A DNA stretch of 32,000 nt, taken from assembly GCA_964500205.1 (NCBI GenBank), contig CAZCNS010000016.1:6665-38664 (forward strand). The letters are read 5' to 3'. Of this stretch, positions 17,478 through 27,057 are shown one piece after another. Made by a program: the position numbers and the translations under genes. Source of the DNA: an uncultured Chryseobacterium sp. (GTDB taxonomy: Bacteria; Bacteroidota; Bacteroidia; UBA10329). Each line of letters starts with the position of its first letter. The first letter of the stretch is position 1. Below the pieces are notes generated by a model. The model was not told the origin of the DNA and did not search any database. It worked only from the letters and a program-made list of their open reading frames with translations.

Positions 17478-17626
17478 TTAACCGCCAAGGCGATTTTGGT
17501 TTAACCACAAAGGCGCACAAAGTTCAATTCACAAAGGAACACGAAGATGTTTTGTTTGACCGCCAAGGCGGGGATGTTTTAACCACGAAGGCACACAAAG
17601 TTCAAGTTCACAAAGGAACACAAAGG
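17478..17626 (+). repeat. Tandem duplication (78-bp period) of a ~70-nt unit built from CAC[AG]AAG heptamers (copies A1 and A2)
   Basis: A1 at 17478-17546 is ttaaccgccaaggcg...aaccacaaaggcgcacaaagttcaattcacaaaggaacacgaag. A2 at 17556-17626 is ttgaccgccaaggcg...aaccacgaaggcacacaaagttcaagttcacaaaggaacacaaag. By hand alignment they are about 85 percent identical. Confidence 0.85.
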
Positions 17627-17709
17627 GAAAACTCGTACTTAATGGCTAATGTTCTTCTCTAATTGACTTTGAGCGACTTCGTGAAAAACCCTTTGTGCGC
17701 CTTTGTGGT
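17504..17709. repeat. Long hairpin closed by a perfect 19-bp inverted repeat in the sucB-proximal flank of the GxxExxY gene
   Basis: accacaaaggcgcacaaag (17504-17522) is the exact reverse complement of ctttgtgcgcctttgtggt (17691-17709). Confidence 0.85.
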
Positions 17710-17747
17710 AAGAATTGTGGTGAAAACACAATGCTTGTGGTTCGTGT

Positions 17748-18122
17748 TCAGAAGATTACTCGTTGGAAGCCGTTGTTGAATTGGCGGACGTTGAAGTTGG
17801 CGAGGAGGCCGAGTTTGCAACCTGAGAGTTTCAGATAGGTCAGTATCTGCGCCATGTGAACATCATTCAGCTTTTCCACCGATTTAACCTCCACAATCAC
17901 GCAGTCATTGACCAACAGGTCGAGACGGTAACCCGCATCCAATTGTATTTCATTGTAATTCAGTGGCATCACCTTCTGCCGTTCTACTATCAGACCCGCC
18001 TCACTCATTTCATACGCGTGACATTCCTCATAAGCACTCTCTAACAGGCCTGGGCCGAGTGCCGTATGAACCGCGAACGAACAATCCAAGACCTTTTTGA
18101 AAACTTCTTCCCTGTTCAGCAT
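17748..18122 (-). CDS. GxxExxY-family protein (PD-(D/E)XK-like fold, of the kind found in 23S rRNA intervening sequences)
   Basis: The 124-aa product carries the signature G-LL-E-SA-Y (GPGLLESAYEEC), then RLDLLVNDCVIVEVKS (D...E-x-K) and TYLKLSGCKLGLLANF. These match my recollection of the GxxExxY family. Confidence 0.8.
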   Translation of the reverse strand: MLNREEVFKKVLDCSFAVHTALGPGLLESAYEECHAYEMSEAGLIVERQKVMPLNYNEIQLDAGYRLDLLVNDCVIVEVKSVEKLNDVHMAQILTYLKLSGCKLGLLANFNVRQFNNGFQRVIF

Positions 18123-18132
18123 CTCTCTGATG

Positions 18133-18303
18133 TTTAACCACGAAGGCGACTTTTATTCAACCACAAAGCCGCACGAAGTTCAAGGTCACAAAGGCACACG
18201 AAGTGTTCTTTCTCATGTAAACCAATCCAAAAAAACCTTCTTTCCCTTTGTGCTCCTTCGTGAATCCCGCATGTGCGGGACTTCGTGTTCCTTCGTGGTT
18301 AAA
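18133..18303. repeat. Long hairpin closed by a perfect 14-bp inverted repeat in the sucA-proximal flank: a third direct unit (A3) plus a full inverted unit
   Basis: tttaaccacgaagg (18133-18146) is the exact reverse complement of ccttcgtggttaaa (18290-18303). A3 at 18134-18203 aligns with A1 and A2. The inverted unit at 18244-18305 contains a small inner hairpin, cccgca-tg-tgcggg. Confidence 0.85.
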
Positions 18304-18338
18304 ACTTTCCGCGTCAGCGGCCCATAATTCCTTCGCGG

Positions 18339-21071
18339 TCAAACAGCCATTTCCTTCTCAAAAACCTTACTTATCAACCTCGCCTGAACCGCCCTGTGTC
18401 TCGTGCCTGAACCCGTGGCGGGAGTTCCGCTCGGTGGACGGCAGATGACATCCAGATCCACATCGCGCCACACTCGCAGCAGGTGACTCCATGCGCCCAT
18501 ATTCTCGGGCTCTTCTTGCACCCAAGTCCACTTCTTGGCGTTGGTGTACTTGCCGATGAGCGCCTTGAGCTGCTTGCGCGGCAGCGGTTCTATCTGTTCC
18601 AAGCGGAGCAACGCTACGCTTGTATCTCCAATGCGCTCCTTCTCATCCAGCAGCTCGTAGTAGATCTTGCCCTGACAAACCACCACACGCTCCACGGCCT
18701 TCGGGTCGGCAGTGGCATCGTCTATCACCTCTTGGAATCGGCCCGTGGCGAGTTCCTTCATCGAGCTGACGCAGCGCGGGTGGCGCAACAGGCTCTTAGG
18801 GGTGAAGATGACGAGCGGCTTGCGGAAATCGCGCTTCATCTGTCTGCGCAGCACGTGAAAGAAATTGGCGGGTGTGGTGCAGTTCACCACTTGGATGTTG
18901 TAGCCGGCATACACGTTGAGGAAACGCTCCATCCGCGCACTGCTGTGCTCCGCGCCCTGCCCCTCATAGCCGTGTGGCAGCAACAGTACGAGACCATTCA
19001 TCGCCTTCCATTTCTCCTCTGCCGAGCAGATGAACTGGTCGATGATGATCTGCGCACCGTTCACGAAATCACCGAACTGCGCCTCCCACATGGTGAGTGC
19101 GGCAGGGTTTCCGAAGGCGTGGCCATAATCAAAGCCCATCACTGCGTATTCCGACAGCAGTGAATTATACACGCTGAACTCGGCCTGCCCTTCTTTCAGG
19201 TCGTTGAGCGGCACATACTCCTGCTCGCTGTCCTCGACCTTGAGCACAGAATGGCGGTGGCTGAAGGTGCCGCGCTCACAGTCCTGACCGCTGAGGCGCA
19301 CAGGATGTCCCTCCACCAGCAGCGATGCGAACGCCAGATGCTCGGCCATGCCCCAGTCCAGGCGGTCGGTCTTCAACACCATATCGCGCCTGTCCTGGAG
19401 TATCTTCTCCATCTTGCGGAAGAACTTCCAACCATCGGGCACTGTAGTCAAGCGGTCGGCAAGGTCCTTCAACGTCTTCTCACTCACGCCCGTTTCGGGA
19501 CTCTGGTCGAAATCCTCAGGCTTCGCGAAGCGGAATCCTTCCCACGTGTCGGCCAAGAACTGCGTGATCTTGGCCTTCTCGATCTCCTTGGATTCATCAA
19601 GCCGCTCTTGCAACATCTGCTTGAACTGCTCCTCCATCTCCATAACCATCTCCTTCTCCACCACGCCCTGCTCGGTCAGCTGCTTGCGGTAGATCTCCAA
19701 CGGATTGGGGTGCTTTGCGATGAGATTGTAGAGGATGGGCTGGGTGAAGCGCGGCTCATCGCCCTCGTTGTGTCCGTATTTGCGGTAGCAGAGCAGATCC
19801 ACGAACACATCGCCCTTGAAAGCCTGACGGAACTCCATGGCCAGTTTCATGGTACGGGCCACGGCCTCCACATCGTCACCGTTCACATGGAACACGGGCG
19901 AAAGCGTTGTCTTACCCACATCGGTGCAGTAGATGCTGCTACGGGCATCGAGGTAGTTGGTGGTGAATCCCACCTGATTGTTGATGACGATATGGATGGT
20001 GCCTCCCGTGCGATAGCCATCAAGCTTCGCCATCTGCACAGTCTCATACACCACTCCCTGACCAGCTATGGCCGCATCGCCATGTATGATGACCGAGCAC
20101 AACTTGGCGTCATCGCCCTTGTACTTGCGGTCTATCTTGGCCCTTGAGATACCCTGCACCACGGGGCCGACAGCCTCCAAATGTGAGGGGTTGGGGCAAA
20201 GGTTCATTTTCACCTCTTTGCCATTGTCACATTTTGCGAAGCTGGTGGAACCGAGGTGATACTTCACATCACCCTCCACATCAGCATCCTCATAATCGTG
20301 CCCTGCGAACTCGGTGAAGATGTCCTTGTAGGTCTTGTTGAAGATGTTGGCCATCACGTTCAGGCGGCCACGATGCGCCATTCCGAACACAAACTCCTCG
20401 ATGCCCAGTTCACTGCCCACCTCCACGGCCACGTCCAACGCGGGGATCAGTGCCTCGGCACCTTCCAGCGAGAAACGTTTCTGTCCAGGGAATTTCCTGT
20501 CGAGGAACTGCTCGAACACCACGGCCTGATTCAGTTTGCGCAGGATGGCCTTCTTGTCCTCCATGGAGAAACGCGGCTGGTTGCGGTCGGTCTCAAGTCG
20601 CTTCTGCATCCACTCCAGCACCTCTGGTCTGCGGATATACATGTACTCCACCCCGATGCTCTGGCAGTACGTGGCCTTAAGGTGAGCAACGATGTTCTCC
20701 AAAGTGGCGGGGCCGATACCCAGCACGGAACCCGCTTGGAACACGGTCTTCAGGTCGGCATCACTAAGGTTGAAGTTCCCGATTTCGAGCGTGGGGGTGT
20801 ACTGCCTGCGCTCGCGAACAGGATTTGTCTTTGTGAAAAGATGTCCGTTCTTGCGATAAGCGTTAATGAGGTTGATAACATCAAATTCCTTCTGGAAATT
20901 GGCCGGGATGCCATCGGCACTCTCCAGATCGTAAGTCGTCCGTGCAAACTCGAAACCCGCAAAGAACCGCTGCCAATCGTCATTGACGGACTTCGGGTCT
21001 TTGATGAACTGCTGGTAGAGATGCTCCGCAGCGGAGACATCCATGTTGGAGAGGAAAGAGTAGTTGTCCAT
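18339..21071 (-). CDS. sucA: 2-oxoglutarate dehydrogenase E1 component
   Basis: The product is about 910 aa from ATG 21071 (MDNYSFLSNMDVSAAEHLYQQF). It carries the ThDP-binding region GDAAIAGQGVVYE and RKYGHNEGDEP. The 21344 extension is not SucA-like and contains the promoter box. Confidence 0.93.
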   Translation of the reverse strand: MDNYSFLSNMDVSAAEHLYQQFIKDPKSVNDDWQRFFAGFEFARTTYDLESADGIPANFQKEFDVINLINAYRKNGHLFTKTNPVRERRQYTPTLEIGNFNLSDADLKTVFQAGSVLGIGPATLENIVAHLKATYCQSIGVEYMYIRRPEVLEWMQKRLETDRNQPRFSMEDKKAILRKLNQAVVFEQFLDRKFPGQKRFSLEGAEALIPALDVAVEVGSELGIEEFVFGMAHRGRLNVMANIFNKTYKDIFTEFAGHDYEDADVEGDVKYHLGSTSFAKCDNGKEVKMNLCPNPSHLEAVGPVVQGISRAKIDRKYKGDDAKLCSVIIHGDAAIAGQGVVYETVQMAKLDGYRTGGTIHIVINNQVGFTTNYLDARSSIYCTDVGKTTLSPVFHVNGDDVEAVARTMKLAMEFRQAFKGDVFVDLLCYRKYGHNEGDEPRFTQPILYNLIAKHPNPLEIYRKQLTEQGVVEKEMVMEMEEQFKQMLQERLDESKEIEKAKITQFLADTWEGFRFAKPEDFDQSPETGVSEKTLKDLADRLTTVPDGWKFFRKMEKILQDRRDMVLKTDRLDWGMAEHLAFASLLVEGHPVRLSGQDCERGTFSHRHSVLKVEDSEQEYVPLNDLKEGQAEFSVYNSLLSEYAVMGFDYGHAFGNPAALTMWEAQFGDFVNGAQIIIDQFICSAEEKWKAMNGLVLLLPHGYEGQGAEHSSARMERFLNVYAGYNIQVVNCTTPANFFHVLRRQMKRDFRKPLVIFTPKSLLRHPRCVSSMKELATGRFQEVIDDATADPKAVERVVVCQGKIYYELLDEKERIGDTSVALLRLEQIEPLPRKQLKALIGKYTNAKKWTWVQEEPENMGAWSHLLRVWRDVDLDVICRPPSGTPATGSGTRHRAVQARLISKVFEKEMAV

Positions 21072-21108
21072 GAAAGAAAGAGACGCTTGAAGCCCGAGAA
21101 AGTTCGGA

Positions 21109-21116
21109 CAAAGATA
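21109..21116 (-). promoter_or_regulatory. -7 promoter box (TATCTTTG) for sucA
   Basis: The minus strand reads tatctttg, 37 nt upstream of ATG 21071. Confidence 0.4.
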
Positions 21117-21165
21117 AGTCAGCCTGCGGGGTCTTATCCTCGATGCAAGAGGCTTTTGCACTGTC

Positions 21166-21597
21166 TCAGAGCCTGCCTGCGTAGTGTTTTCTAATGACGA
21201 CCTTTTGCAACTCCCGCTTGAGAATGAGGTCGGTGAGTCGCTGAAGGCTATCTGTGTCCTCTCCGAAAAGTGCCTTGCGTACCTGAGCCTCATTAAGGTC
21301 GATGCCATAGAGCAGACTCCAGAACCGTTCGGTCTGGTGTTCAAGCATGTAATCTATCACTGGGATGAGCTGATCTGACAGTTCCCGATAGGCATTATCC
21401 TCATTCCCGGTGAAATTGACATCGAATCCATTGAGCTGAAAGTCCTTGTTAAGTTGAGCAACCACCTCTTGCAGCAGATCGAGCCTCCTTGAGAAACGAT
21501 CGAGGTGCGCAGGGGTGACAGGAAGGTCATTCCCCAGGCTCGTATCTGATGGGAACAAGGCGTCCTCCATAGAGGTCTGACCCTTATCAGTGCTCAC
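21166..21597 (-). CDS. Hypothetical protein with no recognised domain
   Basis: The ORF has normal composition. The GTG start at 21597 overlaps the upstream stop by 11 nt. An alternative ATG at 21570 (MEDALF...) leaves a 16-nt gap. Confidence 0.55.
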   Translation of the reverse strand: MSTDKGQTSMEDALFPSDTSLGNDLPVTPAHLDRFSRRLDLLQEVVAQLNKDFQLNGFDVNFTGNEDNAYRELSDQLIPVIDYMLEHQTERFWSLLYGIDLNEAQVRKALFGEDTDSLQRLTDLILKRELQKVVIRKHYAGRL

Positions 21598-22582
21598 GGT
21601 GCATCAGGCTATCTGTGAACTCTCGTAGAATGGCGGTCGACCGAGTGTCACCATTCACCATGTCGAGGTGCTGCTGTGCCGCAGCGTGGAAATGCCACAT
21701 GCGCTGCTCGGCCAACTGTCTGATGCCAAGACGGTCGTAAATGGCTGTGACCGCCCGAACCTTGTCCTCGGGAAGGTCGCTGCTGTTGCCGATCCATCGA
21801 TGCAATTCCTCGCTGTCGGCATGTTGGGCCGTTTCTATTGCCTTGAGCAGCAGGTAAGTCTTCTTGTCTGAGATGATGTCACCGCCTTGCTGCTTGCCGA
21901 CCTTGCCTGTGTCACCGAACACATCGAGTATATCGTCCTGCAACTGGAAAGCTATGCCAGCATTGAGCCCGAAATCATAAAGATACTGCGCCTGCTCGGC
22001 CGATGCACCGCCCACCAGCGCCCCCATCTTGAGACTGGCAGCAAGGAGCACTGCGGTCTTGAGCCTTATCATCTCCTCGTACTCCGCGATGGTGACATCA
22101 TCGCGCTGCTCGAAATCCATATCAAACTGCTGTCCTTCGCAGATCTCGAGTGCGGTGGCATTGAAAACCGGAAGCAGCTTAGGCAGCACTGTAGGTTCGG
22201 TCCGTGCCAGTGCTTCGTAAGCGAGCACCATCATGGCATCTCCGGACAGAATAGCAACGTTGGGACTCCACTTACAATGCACTGTGGGCTTGCCGCGTCT
22301 CAGTGGTGCATTGTCCATGATATCATCATGCAGTAGGGTGAAGTTGTGAAATACTTCCACTGCCAAGGCGGGGCCTATTGCCGGCCTCACATCGTCCCTG
22401 AAAAGCCGGCAGCCCAGCAGCACCAGTGTAGGGCGCATGCGCTTCCCTCCGAGGGAGAACATGTAGCGCACAGGTGAGTACAGGTCAACAGGTTTCTCTG
22501 GTAGCGACCACTGCTTGAGTTCATCTTCAACAAGAGAAGAGAATTCCTTGAGCACTTGTTTCAATAGACCTTCGCCAGTCAT
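21587..22582 (-). CDS. Polyprenyl diphosphate synthase (trans-isoprenyl, GGPP/FPP/longer-chain synthase family)
   Basis: The first Asp-rich motif is LLHDDIMDN and the second is QLQDDILDVFGD. Confidence 0.88.
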   Translation of the reverse strand: MTGEGLLKQVLKEFSSLVEDELKQWSLPEKPVDLYSPVRYMFSLGGKRMRPTLVLLGCRLFRDDVRPAIGPALAVEVFHNFTLLHDDIMDNAPLRRGKPTVHCKWSPNVAILSGDAMMVLAYEALARTEPTVLPKLLPVFNATALEICEGQQFDMDFEQRDDVTIAEYEEMIRLKTAVLLAASLKMGALVGGASAEQAQYLYDFGLNAGIAFQLQDDILDVFGDTGKVGKQQGGDIISDKKTYLLLKAIETAQHADSEELHRWIGNSSDLPEDKVRAVTAIYDRLGIRQLAEQRMWHFHAAAQQHLDMVNGDTRSTAILREFTDSLMHREH

Positions 22583-22608
22583 CAGCCCTCAACGTTGTAT
22601 GCAGCGGT

Positions 22609-23550
22609 TCAGTTCACGGTTACGAACTGACCTTTCTCGATGACAACCGCGAGGCCATCCTCGAGTGAGCGTGGCTCACGTCTTAGCAGCTCTTGCATTT
22701 TCGCGGTGTCGGGCAACCTGCGGGTCATATCACCTTCTTCCAATGCGGGAAGATAGATCAGCTTAGATGACGACCGAGTAACCTTGATGATGGTTTCTGC
22801 CAGCTCGAGTATGGTGACCTCCTTGTCTCCCCCGATGTTGACCACATCATTTACATGCAGGTCCTCGTAAAAGGCAGTGAGACAAGCATCTACATTATCA
22901 TCGATGAAACAGAAGGTGCGTGTCTGCAGGCCGTCACCGTAAATGGTGATGTCCTGATTGGTGAGTGCGAGATGGAGGAAGCGCGAAATGACGAACTCCT
23001 TACTCTGCTTCGGTCCGTACGTATTGAAGAAGCGGAAGATCGTGAACTCCAGCCCGAACTCCTTCTGATAACTGCGCAGGTAGGCCTCGCCCACATTCTT
23101 CACTATGGCGTACGGCAGGCGGGAGTTGAGCGGAGTGGTGTGCTCATTCTGCGGAAACTCCACTGGTTCTCCGTACACTTCCGAAGAGCTGCTGTAGTAC
23201 ACGCGTCTCACGCCAGTATTTTTACTGAGCTGAAGCACGTTCTCCAGACCATGCAAATCATTGAGCACCAACACTGGATGATTCAGGGTTCGCTTCACCC
23301 CTACCACAGCCGCGTAGTGGAACACATAGTCGAAGGTGTAGGCGTAGAACACACTGCTGATGTCCTTGTAGTCATTGACATCGCATTTGATGAAGCGCAG
23401 GTTGCCATGTGGAGAATCAGGCACTTTGACCATCGACCCTGTCAGCAGATTGTCCACTATCACCACGTAATTCTCGGGATTCTGGGCCAGTTTCTCTGCT
23501 ACAGCACTACCTACGAAACCAGCACCTCCCGTCACCAGTATCTTTCTCAT
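22609..23550 (-). CDS. SDR-family NAD-dependent sugar-nucleotide epimerase/dehydratase
   Basis: The Rossmann motif is ILVTGGAGFVGS. The catalytic S...YxxxK elements are SSSSEVYG and PYAIVKNVGE. I chose the start ATG at 23550 (MRKILVTGG). Confidence 0.85.
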   Translation of the reverse strand: MRKILVTGGAGFVGSAVAEKLAQNPENYVVIVDNLLTGSMVKVPDSPHGNLRFIKCDVNDYKDISSVFYAYTFDYVFHYAAVVGVKRTLNHPVLVLNDLHGLENVLQLSKNTGVRRVYYSSSSEVYGEPVEFPQNEHTTPLNSRLPYAIVKNVGEAYLRSYQKEFGLEFTIFRFFNTYGPKQSKEFVISRFLHLALTNQDITIYGDGLQTRTFCFIDDNVDACLTAFYEDLHVNDVVNIGGDKEVTILELAETIIKVTRSSSKLIYLPALEEGDMTRRLPDTAKMQELLRREPRSLEDGLAVVIEKGQFVTVN

Positions 23551-23646
23551 GATGTGTGGTTGTGTGTGCATTCTGCGGGAGATATGGTCAAGAGGGCTGC
23601 GAAGGTACGCGAATCACGTAAGGCGACAAATTTCATCAGTACCGTA

Positions 23647-24507
23647 TCACTTGACAAGGCGCAGCAGGTACTCCCCGTAGCCGCTCTTCTTAAGCGGTTC
23701 GGCCACGGCCCGCAGCCGATCGGCATTGATGAAACCCTGACGGAAGGCGATCTCCTCGATGCAGCCGATCTTCAGTCCCTGCCGTTCCTCAATCACTTGA
23801 ACAAACTGCCCGGCCTGCATCAGTGAGGCGAAAGTGCCCGTGTCAAGCCAAGCAGTGCCGCGGCCCAGCTGCGCCACTTTCAGGTTCCCGGCTTGGAGAT
23901 AATACTTGTTCACATCTGTGATCTCGTATTCGCCCCTTGCGCTTGGTTTAAGGTTCTTGGCGATCTGCACCACGGTGTTGTCATAGAAGTAAAGGCCCGG
24001 CACCGCGTAGTTCGACTTGGGCTGTGCGGGTTTCTCCTCAATGGAAATAGCCTTGAAATCCTTGTCGAACTCCACCACACCGTAGCGTTCAGGGTCGGAC
24101 ACGTGGTAGGCGAACACCACCCCGCCATCGGGGTCGTTGTTCTCCTTCAAAAGCTTCTCCATGCCATGACCATAAAAGATATTATCGCCCAGCACCAGGG
24201 CCACCTTGTCGCTGCCGATGAACTCCTCGCCCAGCACGAAGGCTTGCGCCAGTCCGTTGGGCACTTTCTGCTCCACATAGCTGAACTTGCAGCCGATCTG
24301 CTCGCCAGTGCCCAGCAAACGCTCAAAGTGCGGCAGGTCGTGCGGGGTGCTGATGATGAGGATGTCGCGGATGCCCGCGAGCATGAGGATGCTAAGCGGG
24401 TAATAGACCATAGGCTTGTCGTACACAGGCATAAGCTGCTTGCTGACGGCCAATGTGAGCGGGTGTAGACGGGTTCCCGACCCGCCTGCAAGGATGATTC
24501 CTTTCAT
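23647..24507 (-). CDS. rfbA: Glucose-1-phosphate thymidylyltransferase
   Basis: [47 protein letters not shown] is classic RmlA. The start is ATG 24507. Confidence 0.92.
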   Translation of the reverse strand: MKGIILAGGSGTRLHPLTLAVSKQLMPVYDKPMVYYPLSILMLAGIRDILIISTPHDLPHFERLLGTGEQIGCKFSYVEQKVPNGLAQAFVLGEEFIGSDKVALVLGDNIFYGHGMEKLLKENNDPDGGVVFAYHVSDPERYGVVEFDKDFKAISIEEKPAQPKSNYAVPGLYFYDNTVVQIAKNLKPSARGEYEITDVNKYYLQAGNLKVAQLGRGTAWLDTGTFASLMQAGQFVQVIEERQGLKIGCIEEIAFRQGFINADRLRAVAEPLKKSGYGEYLLRLVK

Positions 24508-24548
24508 CTCAGAATGTGGTTTTCGGTTAAGCGTCCGACCTTGATGAA

Positions 24549-26888
24549 TCACTCCTCCCAATCATCGGTCTTGAACTCAGATGTCGTCAAAGATTTCTCA
24601 AACGTAAGCAACAGCGCTGGAAGTATCAGCAGGTTGGAGAACATCGCCACCAGCAGCGTGATGCTCACCAATAGACCGAGTGCCTGCGTGCCACCGAACG
24701 CGCTGGCAGTGAATATCGCGAAGCCGAAGAACAGCACCACACTGGTGTAGATCATACTGACTCCGACCTCGCGCAAGGCCTTCATCACAGATTTCCTGAT
24801 GCTCCAGCCTGTTAGCTCCAATTCCTGCCGGTACTTGGCGAGAAAGTGGATGGTGTCATCGACCGAGATGCCAAGCGCTATGCTGAAAACGAGGATGGTT
24901 GATGGCTTGATGGTGATGCCGAAATAGCCCATCAGCGCGGCTGTGACGATAAGGGGGAAAAGGTTGGGTACAAGTGACACCAGCACCATGCGCCATGACC
25001 GGAACATCCGCAACATGATTAGCGCGATGATGACAATGGCTATACCAAGGCTTACGAGCAGATTCTTGACCAGATACTCGGTGCCTTTGGTGAACACGAC
25101 CGAGGTGCCGGTGAGCAGCACTTCATAGCGGTCATGCGGGAAAATGGAATCGACCATAGGCCGGACCCTGTCCAGCAGTGCTGCCATATCTTCGGTGCCG
25201 ATGTCCCTCATCTGCACGCTGACACGGGTCACCTGCCTCGCACTGTCTATAAAAGTGTGAAGCAGGCCAGCACCTTCCTCCTCACCTTCTCCATAGCTGA
25301 GTATGAAACCTCTCTCGCTGTTGTTGGGCAGGGCATATTTCGTGGTCATTCCACCATAGTAGCCCTGCTTGATGAACTTGATGACCTCGACCATACTCAC
25401 CGGCCGAGCAAACTCCTCAAACACCGCCAACGAATCCTGCAATCGGTCTATCCGCCTCAGCGTGGCTGCCGACACGGCCCGGTCGGGCTTCAGGGCATCG
25501 ACCCGCAACTCGAAAGGCATCACCCCACCGAACTGGCTCTCGAACCAACGGAGGTCGGTCAGAACAGGGTTGTCGTCCGGCAGGTCATCAACCAGATTGC
25601 CGGTGGTGCGCACCTTGGTTATACCATTGATGGCGACCAAGAACATGATGGCCGTCACCCAATAGATGGCTGCCCGCTGCGACTGTACGATCTGGATGAA
25701 ACGGGTAACTATGACCCTGCTCGTCCTCCTGTCGAGGTGGCGTATGTGACGGCTCTTCGGATTTGGCAGGTAACTGAACACCACAGGGATAAGCAAAAGC
25801 GATGCGAGGAACACCCCCATGATGCTCAAGGACGCCACAATGCCAAACTCACGCATGACCTGACTTTCCAGAATGGCGAAAGTGACGAAGCCTGATGCCG
25901 TGGTGGCATTGGTAAGCAGGGTGGCATTGCCCACCTTTCGCACCATGCGCTGCAATGCCTTGATCTTGTTGCCATGGGCACGGAACTCACTGTGGTATTT
26001 GTTGAGCAGAAAAATGCAGTTGGCAATGCCCAGCACGATAAGCACGGGAGGAATCAATCCTGTCAGCACGCTAAGCTTATAGCCCAGCAGACTGATGATG
26101 CCGAATGCCCAGACCACAGCGATGCCCACCACCAGCATGCTGAAAAAAACCACCTTGAACGAACGGAAGAACAGCAGCATGATGAGTGCCGTAACAGCCG
26201 CAGCGAGGAACATGAACATCCGCAGCTCGGTCTGCACCATCTGCGCGATAACGCTGCGGATGAACGGCAGCCCAGAGAAATGCAGCTCGGCACCCAGCCT
26301 CTGCTCAAATCCCAAAGCCAAGCTGCGCACCTTCTCTGAGAGTTCGATGCGCTTCTTGTTGTCGAGATAGTCAGGACTGATGGTCACTGCCATCACGAAG
26401 CTCATGCTATCAGGATTCCACAGTACGTGCTGATAGAACGGCAACCCCTCGAGCACCACGCGGATGCTATCCACCGTGACCTGTGAAGCAGGGCGTTCCG
26501 CAACCACCGTAAGGAAATCGAATTTTCGCAACTCATCATTCCTGTGGATGTTCATGCATCGCGCCACCGAGATCACCTGATCGATGCCCTCCACGCCCTT
26601 CAACTCTTGGCCCAGGTCATACCATGCGTTGAAAACGCCCATATCGAACATGTGCGGCTGATGGATGCCGATGACCATCATGGCACCATCCTCCCCAAAC
26701 TGTTCCTTGAACTCCTGGTATGCCAGCAAGTCCGGGTCGTCCGCTGGCAGCAGTGACGCGAAGTCATAGCGCACCTGCACAGTGGTAGCCCGTTGCGCCA
26801 TGAAAGCCGTCACCACTGCGATGAGCAGCAGAATGAACGGCCTGTTTCTAAGTATGATACGGGCAATGGTCTGCCACATGGCAAGCAT
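24549..26888 (-). CDS. MMPL/RND-superfamily exporter (two 6-TM bundles with two large extracytoplasmic loops, HpnN-like architecture)
   Basis: The 779-aa product is an internally duplicated polytopic protein, with hydrophobic blocks around aa 220-380 and 620-760. [14 protein letters not shown] is typical of MMPL/SSD-type transporters. Confidence 0.8.
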   Translation of the reverse strand: MLAMWQTIARIILRNRPFILLLIAVVTAFMAQRATTVQVRYDFASLLPADDPDLLAYQEFKEQFGEDGAMMVIGIHQPHMFDMGVFNAWYDLGQELKGVEGIDQVISVARCMNIHRNDELRKFDFLTVVAERPASQVTVDSIRVVLEGLPFYQHVLWNPDSMSFVMAVTISPDYLDNKKRIELSEKVRSLALGFEQRLGAELHFSGLPFIRSVIAQMVQTELRMFMFLAAAVTALIMLLFFRSFKVVFFSMLVVGIAVVWAFGIISLLGYKLSVLTGLIPPVLIVLGIANCIFLLNKYHSEFRAHGNKIKALQRMVRKVGNATLLTNATTASGFVTFAILESQVMREFGIVASLSIMGVFLASLLLIPVVFSYLPNPKSRHIRHLDRRTSRVIVTRFIQIVQSQRAAIYWVTAIMFLVAINGITKVRTTGNLVDDLPDDNPVLTDLRWFESQFGGVMPFELRVDALKPDRAVSAATLRRIDRLQDSLAVFEEFARPVSMVEVIKFIKQGYYGGMTTKYALPNNSERGFILSYGEGEEEGAGLLHTFIDSARQVTRVSVQMRDIGTEDMAALLDRVRPMVDSIFPHDRYEVLLTGTSVVFTKGTEYLVKNLLVSLGIAIVIIALIMLRMFRSWRMVLVSLVPNLFPLIVTAALMGYFGITIKPSTILVFSIALGISVDDTIHFLAKYRQELELTGWSIRKSVMKALREVGVSMIYTSVVLFFGFAIFTASAFGGTQALGLLVSITLLVAMFSNLLILPALLLTFEKSLTTSEFKTDDWEE

Positions 26889-26938
26889 CCCGCGCTTTGA
26901 ATGCAGGCGGGGGCCGCGAAACTAACCAATCGCAGGCA

Positions 26939-27057
26939 GGGGTGAAATGAAGGAATCTGAACATGTGGGGTTCCCATTTCGGAAGGTCTTGTGGGACACA
27001 CGGTGCTACAACCGACCGAAGGGAGTTCACTGCTTTTCGCAGTAATCATTTCACCCC
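26939..27057. repeat. Perfect 12-bp long-range inverted repeat enclosing 95 nt in the MMPL-upstream intergenic region
   Basis: ggggtgaaatga (26939-26950) is the reverse complement of tcatttcacccc (27046-27057). Confidence 0.8.

Noticed and set aside
17471-17662. Small ORFs across the repeat flanks (17471-17662 +, 18097-18327 +, 18157-18342 -) that translate to KAHKVQ/TKEHE/NHEGDF-type peptides.
   Set aside because: They are simply translations of the CAC[AG]AAG heptamer repeats. They have no start context, and the same repeats occur in both orientations.
17478-18305. Possible CRISPR array suggested by the many short repeats.
   Set aside because: The repeats are 7-nt motifs nested in ~70-nt units in both orientations. 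There are no uniform 25-40-nt repeats, no unique spacers of regular length and no cas genes in the window.
21072-21344. N-terminal extensions in the ORF track: sucA to 21344, ispG to 7724, the 7743 gene to 8726, purQ from 10042, the M43 protease to 13552, rfbA to 24561 and the epimerase to 23571.
   Set aside because: The extended residues are not family-like. Canonical N-termini or signal peptides begin at internal ATGs, and for ispG, sucA, purQ and the 7743 gene a TAnnTTTG promoter box lies inside the extension.
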